From: a bacterium
Lineage (GTDB): Bacteria; Hinthialibacterota; Hinthialibacteria; Hinthialibacterales; Hinthialibacteraceae
DNA: 64,000 nt
NCBI GenBank assembly: GCA_963662285.2
Contig: CAXXMV010000002.1
Span: 640,001-704,000, forward strand
Reading direction: 5' to 3'
Positions 57,653 to 64,000 of this stretch are shown piece by piece. A model generated the notes under the pieces. It was not told the DNA's origin and searched no databases. It was given only the letters and a program-made list of their open reading frames with translations. The stretch's first letter is position 1; every line of letters starts with the position of its first letter. The translations under genes and the position numbers were made by a program.

Positions 57653-59542
57653 ATGAACATTATCCGTAGAAATATATTACTATCATTAGCCATCATCATG
57701 CTGGCGAGTTCAGCATGGGCAGCGACAGATAATACCAGTAACTCTCCAACATTTCTGTGGTTGGATATCTGCACCAATGCCAATGGAACCGAAGGCGCTA
57801 ACGAAGAAGTAATACCTGGCATGTCGCCGGATGGGATTGATATTGGAGTGGATATCGGCGCTGATGGCACGATTGACCGCTGGTTATCTCAAGAAAAATC
57901 AGAGTATAACGGCGGTGGTAGTTACTCTGATGATGTTTTGCGGGTAGAAGGATGGCGCCGATACTTATTCCGTCTTGATGCAGATGCCGGCAAACAAGCT
58001 AAAATACGTATTGTCGATAAAAGCACATCCGAATACATCGCGGTTAATTCCATCCGCCTTAATTGCGCCGATGGCGTAGTCGTTCCCAACCTGGTTCCCA
58101 ACGGTGATTTTGAAGATTCCCCGGCGCTCAGCGGCTGGACTATCCTGGAAGGCAGCGTCACCGATCCCGCCAGTTTGATTGATGATAGCGGAAAGAACGT
58201 TTTTGGAACTCAGTTTTTCCACTGCGATAACTCAAGCACAGTAGTAATTGAATCTGATGCTTTCACGTTAGAACCTCCTACCAGTTTTATCATGGGAATA
58301 GCTGTCGGCGGCTGCTCGGAGAAATGGAACCGTATTAGCGGCGATAGTTACGTCTATATCGATGTGGGTTCCGAAACTGAAGATCCCAACGGGCAATATG
58401 ATGCGGGAACTGATGTTCCGCTGATTGGCCATAACCCTCTGGCCCAAAATGGAGACGCTGTACATTTTGCATTTGCGACATTCCTTAATACTTCTGGTTT
58501 AGAAGGCAAACGCGCCCAGGTCGTGGCGGTAGATAATAATCCTGATTACGCCGTAGCCCTCGACGCTATTCGCATGAACTGGGATAACAGCATAATCCGT
58601 AACGGGGATTTTGAAGAAGGTCTCGATGTTGCTGCTCTCGAAGAAGTCTGGGTCAGCGGTGAAGGCGGAGCGGCGCCACACTTACCGGAATCACATCCAT
58701 CCGGCGGTATACCCGGCTGGTCGGTTATAAAAACGCCTGACGGCGATGCATCATTTTCCTATTTCTCTGGAATAGTCGATGGCGACCATTGTTCCACTTG
58801 GGCTTGGGTTGGATCAGGCACCTATTTCGACGAAGATGGTTTCGCTTCCGGTGATGACACGGTCGCAACAGGCGCTGAATTACGCTCTGATGTCTTTGTC
58901 ATCCAACCGATCCCCGATCCCGCACAGAGTGTCTTTCTCCAGTTTGCCATAGCCCAGGGCATTCCCCGCTTCCGTGGCCCGGAAGAACTTGGCTTTGTCG
59001 GATTGAAGGTTGACGTCAATGGAAACAATCAATTCGAAGATGCAGAAGATTATACCTATAAAGTGGAATCTGACGGTAAAGGCTGGAATATGATGGTCTG
59101 CAAAATGGACCGCTGGCATTATCCCGAATACCGCTTCTATATAAAACCGGAACATCAAGGCAAACAAGCGGTTATCTATGTTGAAGACTCCACCGGAGGG
59201 AGCTATGGCTGGTTGAACGTGGACGACTTCTTCCTATGGGACGGCGAGCAAGCCTACCTTCCCTTCGAGAATGCCGATTTCGAAATGGGAGACGTTGATG
59301 GAACCATTCCCAATTGGACGGATGAATATTTCAACACAACCCTCGAAAGCTGGCTGGGCGTAACTCCTGAAACGTACAACGATGGAATTGGCATCAATGT
59401 AATGCTGAATGGACGCACAGCCACTGTTGATGGTAATTATTGCGGAGATTCGGCTGGCGGCGATGGCGGCCAGGGATCATTAACGTCAATCGCATTCACC
59501 CTGCCTGGAGTTACCAGCATCAACCAATGGTCATTATATTAA
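57653..59542 (+). CDS. Secreted acidic protein with three CBM-like jelly-roll repeats and C-terminal TSINQWSLY tail
   Basis: Signal peptide; three N.DFE..(G)W..S..F segments and three GK.A....D segments. Confidence 0.8.
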   Translation: MNIIRRNILLSLAIIMLASSAWAATDNTSNSPTFLWLDICTNANGTEGANEEVIPGMSPDGIDIGVDIGADGTIDRWLSQEKSEYNGGGSYSDDVLRVEGWRRYLFRLDADAGKQAKIRIVDKSTSEYIAVNSIRLNCADGVVVPNLVPNGDFEDSPALSGWTILEGSVTDPASLIDDSGKNVFGTQFFHCDNSSTVVIESDAFTLEPPTSFIMGIAVGGCSEKWNRISGDSYVYIDVGSETEDPNGQYDAGTDVPLIGHNPLAQNGDAVHFAFATFLNTSGLEGKRAQVVAVDNNPDYAVALDAIRMNWDNSIIRNGDFEEGLDVAALEEVWVSGEGGAAPHLPESHPSGGIPGWSVIKTPDGDASFSYFSGIVDGDHCSTWAWVGSGTYFDEDGFASGDDTVATGAELRSDVFVIQPIPDPAQSVFLQFAIAQGIPRFRGPEELGFVGLKVDVNGNNQFEDAEDYTYKVESDGKGWNMMVCKMDRWHYPEYRFYIKPEHQGKQAVIYVEDSTGGSYGWLNVDDFFLWDGEQAYLPFENADFEMGDVDGTIPNWTDEYFNTTLESWLGVTPETYNDGIGINVMLNGRTATVDGNYCGDSAGGDGGQGSLTSIAFTLPGVTSINQWSLY

Positions 59543-59554
59543 TTCCTAACAAAA

Positions 59555-59593
59555 ATATCCCCAAAGTCCGAAAAATGGGCTTTGGGGATATAT
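59555..59593 (+). terminator. Stem-loop terminator
   Basis: ATATCCCCAAAGTCC...GGGCTTTGGGGATAT. Confidence 0.75.
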
Positions 59594-59626
59594 ATAATAC
59601 TTATTATATATAACTTATAATCGAGC

Positions 59627-59667
59627 GTGGGTGCTAAGGGCAAGACCGCAATGCGGTCAGCCCTTGA
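59627..59667. repeat. 41-bp hairpin repeat, copy 2
   Basis: GTGGGTGCTAAGGGCAAGACCGCAATGCGGTCAGCCCTTGA. Confidence 0.85.
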
Positions 59668-59712
59668 TTCGACCGCTTACGATTTAGCCTATTACTTATT
59701 CAATACCACCTA

Positions 59713-61791
59713 TCATCGCACAGCTGAATTAAATACCCGTTTCCGTTCAGCTTTCGTAGAGATTGAACGGCGGTTGTTTTCGATGCTCATAACTGATACT
59801 CCTTGTGGCGCCAGGCTGCCGTTTTTAATCTGAGTCTTGGTCGGTATCGAAGCAATCCCGTTATCAAATTCAGCATACAAAGAGGCGCCGAAAATATCGT
59901 TGTATCCCCGCGTGACGCCATCCCATGATACGAAACCTAAATTATCATCATTCATAGCCACGCTGGTTCGCTGTGATGACGCAACGTTATCGATTAGTGG
60001 TGCAGCATCACCGATGAATAGATGATATTCAGCGTCATAGACTCTTCCGAAAACCTGGCTGGTTGTTTCATCATACCAGGTAATCATCAGTTGTCCGTCT
60101 TTCCAAGGCGCAATTGACGGCGCGATAAGTTGGTGAGATCCTTCTCCGGATGCAATAATGAATTCTTCTTCCAGAATATCTCCCTGATTGTTAATAACCG
60201 CAGCGTAAATTGAGGAATCGCCTGCTCCAGGATCATTATTACGCCAGACGATTACAAATTTTCCATCAATATATGCAATTCGAGGTTCACGGGCGTGATC
60301 GAAGAAATTATCGCTTCCACTGACTTGAATTTCTCTGACTTGGTCTGGTAATTGGCGTTCTTCATTATATTGAGTGGTTTTCGTTAAAATTCGGGCGTAT
60401 ACGTCATTCCTTTTGCGGCCATCATGTAAAACCCGGTCATCAGACCATACCGCAACAATGTCGCCGTTCGTATTAGCCGTAATATCAGGATGAGATGCAT
60501 TGGTGTTCTCGAAGGGGATGTTGATCTGGAAATCTGCTTCATCAATGGTCTGTGTTAAACTGCCAGTCCAATGAAGCCTTTTGGCAAAGATATCCATAAA
60601 TAGGTTTCTATCATCACGCCAGCAAATCACTATATCATTGTCGCTTAAAACCGAAATAGCTGGTTCAGCAGTGTTAGTGTTCTCAAAAAGGCTGTTAATT
60701 TCAACATCCTCAGTTACGCGGCGCACTCCAAAAGAATCAACCTGAGTCAGGTATATGCTGAATAATTTCTCAATGCTGCGGTTATCAGACCATACGATAT
60801 GCCGCAGTCCACCGAAATCAATATCCATATCCGGCGCCTGGGCTATGGTATCTTCAAAACCCTCATTTACCGTAAATGGCCCGTCAATTTTCATGCTATC
60901 AGCATTTATATTCCGTATAGCGATATCCTGAAAACCGCCGGTCAGATCGACGGCGACCACAGAGAAATTGTCATTCCTGTCAAATGCGGTTCTAGGGCTG
61001 AAAACATCCTGCTGATCTGACGTATTACTCAGTTCTACGATAGAACCAACCGTTATTCCATCTACCATAATTTCAGGAGTAGGCGTCGGAGTCGCAGTAA
61101 TTACAGGAGTTATGGTAGGCGTCGGATTAGCATTGGGATTTATATCGATGCCCAAGGCCTGTCTCATGACTGGATCAGAAACGGTATCTTTATTAAGTAG
61201 AAAGACTTCAAAATTATCAAACATGGCGGTAACCGCTGGCTGGTTAGATGATGGCGCCACGGCCAACTGGAATATCGGGATTATCGCTTGACCTTCGGGG
61301 CGGTATAACACATGGATATATTTATAATCTCCCATAAAACGCTCGCTATCAGTTTCGTAAGCGTAAGTCACGCTGCCGTTTATGTTTACAATTGATCCTC
61401 CGGGGGCTGCGTTTAATGCTCCGACGGCGATGGCGCCGCCTTTGGCCACTGATAATACTGATAAGCGTAATAGAACAAGGTCATTACCTACCGGAACCAC
61501 TGGGCCATAAACAAATGACCCCTGACCGGGCGCAGCGGTGATGCTGGCGCCTCGTCCATCAGAAAAACTTGAAGAAACCGGGCTGATAGGAATTACGCCT
61601 ATAGAAACGGAAGCCGCATCATAGTCCGGTCCGCTTTTGAAAAAATCCCAACCGTTTCCTTGAAGCGTATTGTTATCAAACGCCGCTTTATAAACAGGTT
61701 GCAAAACCTGGCCATTAACCGGGACGCTAAAAAAACATACACATAATATAGATGTAAAAACAATGAGATATTCACTTATATTCCTACGCAT
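59713..61791 (-). CDS. Secreted protein: beta-sandwich domain, Pro/Thr linker, repeat (propeller-like) domain
   Basis: Signal peptide; PTPTITPVITATPTPTP linker; repeats P.I......VW.D.R....I(Y/F)A. Confidence 0.8.
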   Translation of the reverse strand: MRRNISEYLIVFTSILCVCFFSVPVNGQVLQPVYKAAFDNNTLQGNGWDFFKSGPDYDAASVSIGVIPISPVSSSFSDGRGASITAAPGQGSFVYGPVVPVGNDLVLLRLSVLSVAKGGAIAVGALNAAPGGSIVNINGSVTYAYETDSERFMGDYKYIHVLYRPEGQAIIPIFQLAVAPSSNQPAVTAMFDNFEVFLLNKDTVSDPVMRQALGIDINPNANPTPTITPVITATPTPTPEIMVDGITVGSIVELSNTSDQQDVFSPRTAFDRNDNFSVVAVDLTGGFQDIAIRNINADSMKIDGPFTVNEGFEDTIAQAPDMDIDFGGLRHIVWSDNRSIEKLFSIYLTQVDSFGVRRVTEDVEINSLFENTNTAEPAISVLSDNDIVICWRDDRNLFMDIFAKRLHWTGSLTQTIDEADFQINIPFENTNASHPDITANTNGDIVAVWSDDRVLHDGRKRNDVYARILTKTTQYNEERQLPDQVREIQVSGSDNFFDHAREPRIAYIDGKFVIVWRNNDPGAGDSSIYAAVINNQGDILEEEFIIASGEGSHQLIAPSIAPWKDGQLMITWYDETTSQVFGRVYDAEYHLFIGDAAPLIDNVASSQRTSVAMNDDNLGFVSWDGVTRGYNDIFGASLYAEFDNGIASIPTKTQIKNGSLAPQGVSVMSIENNRRSISTKAERKRVFNSAVR

Positions 61792-61979
61792 AGTAAGCCT
61801 CGCTCTCTAAAACGCTTTGGTTCACAAGATTCCTGAATTCATGACTTGTGATAATTATATCGTGAGAGAAATAAAATCAGCTATTTTTACAGTTTAACAT
61901 ACAGGGAATAAATAGCGGAATGAATAATAACATAGATATTTTGTTTAGAGAAATAGGGAAAGAAAGAGATACTTTGTGT

Positions 61980-62351
61980 TCAGCTTGCTTTTAGTTGGTA
62001 AGATTGGATTAGAATATCGGTTGGTATTCGTAAAGATTTATGAATGCGCCGGATCATGGCAATTGTAAGAGGTCGTTTTCTGGCCAGTATCTCGGATACG
62101 CGGGCGCGGGTTCCCAAAAGTGGCTCCAAGTCTTTACGAGTCATATCAAGGTCTTTCATACGGTGTAAAATAGCTTCAATTGGGTCTGGTTCTTCTATCG
62201 GGTGATTTTTGGCTTCATAGGCTTCGGCTAAAGTTGTTAAAACATCAAGCCGGTCGCCATCAGGAGTATCCATTTCTGCATCCATCAGCTGGTCAATCTC
62301 TATCAAAACAGCCTTATAATCGGTTTCGCTCTTAATTGGTTTGATGTCCAT
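61980..62351 (-). CDS. higA: HigA-type antitoxin (HTH-XRE)
   Basis: IKPIK...DY..., G..L.VL..L.EAYE....PI..PDP, RVSEIL..KRPLT; start moved to ATG 62351. Confidence 0.9.
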   Translation of the reverse strand: MDIKPIKSETDYKAVLIEIDQLMDAEMDTPDGDRLDVLTTLAEAYEAKNHPIEEPDPIEAILHRMKDLDMTRKDLEPLLGTRARVSEILARKRPLTIAMIRRIHKSLRIPTDILIQSYQLKAS

Positions 62352-62367
62352 ATCGTTTTTCTCGCTC

Positions 62368-62661
62368 TTAAATGGTGTTTGCGTCAATTACAGAATATTT
62401 TTTATGGATTCCAATGAACCGGATATATACAATTCGGTAAGGGTAATTGATTCGCACGACAAGGCGGAATTTATTCCCGCCAATGTTAAAACAAACCCTG
62501 TTTCCTTCCAGAAAACTAGCTTTTCGATAATCCGATTTTACCTCATCCGAATTTGACCAGTCAGCAGCGAATACGATCTTAAACCATGCTTTCAAAGGCT
62601 GTTCCGCTTGTGGATGATGTTTCCAAAATTCCCGTAATGTACTCCGCGAGATTATCCTCAT
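62368..62661 (-). CDS. higB: HigB-type mRNA interferase toxin
   Basis: MRIIS..TL..FW..HP, W, FNIGGNK.RL and IRFIG.H..Y. Confidence 0.92.
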   Translation of the reverse strand: MRIISRSTLREFWKHHPQAEQPLKAWFKIVFAADWSNSDEVKSDYRKASFLEGNRVCFNIGGNKFRLVVRINYPYRIVYIRFIGIHKKYSVIDANTI

Positions 62662-62695
62662 TACCTATAATAACATGTTCCCGAAATGGGAGCAA
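62662..62695 (-). promoter_or_regulatory. higBA promoter/operator, probably leaderless
   Basis: TTGCTC-N17-TATTAT ends 5 nt before the ATG; no SD; the spacer contains the TCCC-N5-GGGA palindrome. Confidence 0.6.
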
Positions 62696-62906
62696 GTGTT
62701 TTTTTGAAATAGCGATGTGTGACAAGATGGATCGGTACATAGTTTTTTTGCATAGAGTCTTGCGGATAAGTTCCTTGTCTGCGCCATAATTACCCGTAGT
62801 CATTTGCGCTAGTATCCAATTATACTTCTGCTAATTTGCATTCTTGCAAAGCCGAGGAGAGATAATATTTTTCTTGCTTTTTTATAAAAGGTATACTGGA
62901 ATCAAG

Positions 62907-62972
62907 GCAACTATTGTCTATTTTTATCAAAAGAAATACAAAGAGAATCCAGAAAAATATACCTTAAGTTAA
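62907..62972 (+). pseudogene. Possible remnant of a RelE/Gp49-type toxin 3' end
   Basis: Reads ...KKYKENPEKYTLS* just before the antitoxin RBS; no intact upstream ORF. Confidence 0.3.
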
Positions 62973-62982
62973 GAGGTGGATT

Positions 62983-63291
62983 ATGAAGCAGGTTAAAGGA
63001 ACGGATGCCCTGGAAATACTCAGGGATAGGTACGGTATCGAACCGGATGACGATGACGTTATAGCAACCCATGAGCAAATGATGGTTGCTCAGATGATCT
63101 ATGATGCCCGTACAGAAGCGGGTTTAACTCAAAAAGAACTGGCCGACCTGATTGGAACAAGACAATCTGTGATTTCCAGATTGGAAGACGCAGACTATGA
63201 AGGACATTCATTGCCCATGCTGAACCGGATCGCATTAGCCTTGCAAAAGAAATTACAAATCAGGTTTATTCCTGCGTCGGTATCCGAATAA
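62983..63291 (+). CDS. XRE-family HTH antitoxin-like regulator (orphan)
   Basis: AR..AGLTQKELA..IGT.QS.ISRLE..DY.GHSL.ML.RIA.AL; RBS GAGGTG. Confidence 0.9.
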   Translation: MKQVKGTDALEILRDRYGIEPDDDDVIATHEQMMVAQMIYDARTEAGLTQKELADLIGTRQSVISRLEDADYEGHSLPMLNRIALALQKKLQIRFIPASVSE

Positions 63292-63345
63292 ATCCCTCTA
63301 CTCAAAAAACTCTATAGGCTAATAATAATATAGTGATAAATAAGA

Positions 63346-63380
63346 TTGACAAAAACTAGAATTTATTCCATTATAGTGGA
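63346..63380 (+). promoter_or_regulatory. sigma70 promoter predicting a leaderless toxin mRNA
   Basis: TTGACA-N17-CATTAT ends 6 nt before the ATG at 63381. Confidence 0.55.
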
Positions 63381-63713
63381 ATGGATAAGTATGCATCGCA
63401 ATGGGAAATTGAGGTTTATACTGATGAGAAGGGAAAAATACCCTTCAATGAATGGCTATCCAATCTCGATTTTCCCATAAAAGCACGTATTTTGGAGCGC
63501 CTTAACCGCATTCGTGATGAAAACTTTGGAGATAGCAAGTTGTTGCAAGATGGAGTTTTTGAATTACGTTTCCATTTTGGGTCAGGATATCGTGTATATT
63601 ATGGTAAAAGTGGGCAACGAATAGTTCTTTTACTGACCGGAGGCGATAAAAGCAACCAAAAACGGGATATCAAAAAAGCTCTTGAATACTGGAAAGAATA
63701 TAAGGACGCATAA
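63381..63713 (+). CDS. RelE/ParE-family addiction-module toxin (HI1419-like)
   Basis: G..PF..WL..L....ARI..RL.R....NFGD.K....GV.ELR..FG.GYRVYY and LL.GGDKS.Q..DI..A. Confidence 0.93.
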   Translation: MDKYASQWEIEVYTDEKGKIPFNEWLSNLDFPIKARILERLNRIRDENFGDSKLLQDGVFELRFHFGSGYRVYYGKSGQRIVLLLTGGDKSNQKRDIKKALEYWKEYKDA

Positions 63714-63714
63714 C

Positions 63715-64000
63715 ATGAAACGAACTATACCGTTTAGAGAAATAGAATTGGCGCAACTTCAAGAACCTGAGTGCGCCAGAGAATATTTGAAAATTTCTTT
63801 AGAAGAAACTCGAAAAGATGGGAACCGGGTGGCTTTTTTGCGTGCGTTACGTAATGTTGTAGATGCTCGAGGTGGGGTTGTTGAACTGTCTAAACGTATG
63901 CATAAACCGACGAGTACGTTGTACAAGGCTATTTCGATGGATGGGAATCCTCGTTTAGATACCTTGGATTTGATCCTTGGTGATATCGGGCTTCAGTTGT
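63715..64000 (+). CDS. Addiction-module antidote protein (HI1420-like HTH), truncated by the window end
   Basis: Absent from the ORF track. ATG lies 1 nt after the toxin stop; translates MKRTIPF...AREYL...AFLRALRNVVDARGG...LYKAIS.DGNPRLDTL..IL..IG. Confidence 0.88.
   Translation, partial: MKRTIPFREIELAQLQEPECAREYLKISLEETRKDGNRVAFLRALRNVVDARGGVVELSKRMHKPTSTLYKAISMDGNPRLDTLDLILGDIGLQL

Noticed and set aside
61800-64000. Integron cassette array explaining the TA cluster
   Set aside because: No attC-like RYYYAAC...GTTRRRY palindromes recognised, orientations are mixed, and no integrase is in the window.
1-64000. CRISPR array, tRNA/rRNA, prophage, DGR or retron
   Set aside because: No regularly spaced repeats, structural RNA signatures, phage genes or reverse transcriptase were seen by eye.

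Overview
A 64-kb chromosomal segment from a flagellated, probably diderm bacterium. The style of the secreted proteins recalls uncultured lineages such as OLB16/Hinthialibacterota, but that is a recollection-based guess. From left to right it holds: AT-rich secreted beta-propeller/WD40 paralogs; a late flagellar cluster (fliC 850 aa, flaG, fliD, fliS) with sigma28-type promoters and a CsrA-type hairpin; a sigma54-driven Cache-domain MCP; a STAS protein plus an MBL-hydrolase/degenerate-GHKL fusion; a tightly coupled ATP-grasp::M20 + GGT-like + N-formylglutamate-amidohydrolase-like operon; a 5'-nucleotidase; Tat-exported GH116; three xylose-isomerase-like TIM barrels; an orphan pilC; XPB helicase with its Helicase_C_3 partner, followed by an SBP, a methyltransferase and a GT4; rpoN; maf; an MFS; gcvT-H-PA-PB; a PilZN-like membrane protein; sufBCDSU-T with a double palindromic operator; two large secreted proteins; and a cluster of type II TA genes. 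Several small palindromic repeat families lie between genes. No rRNA, tRNA, CRISPR array, integrase or transposase was seen. The best candidates for undescribed biology are (1) the ligase/pseudopeptidase + GGT-like + amidohydrolase operon, which may make and recycle an unknown amide-linked product, and (2) a short C-terminal S/T-x-V/I-x-x-W-x-x-Y/H tail on unrelated secreted proteins, a possible lineage-specific sorting signal. All calls were made by eye; no database searches were run.
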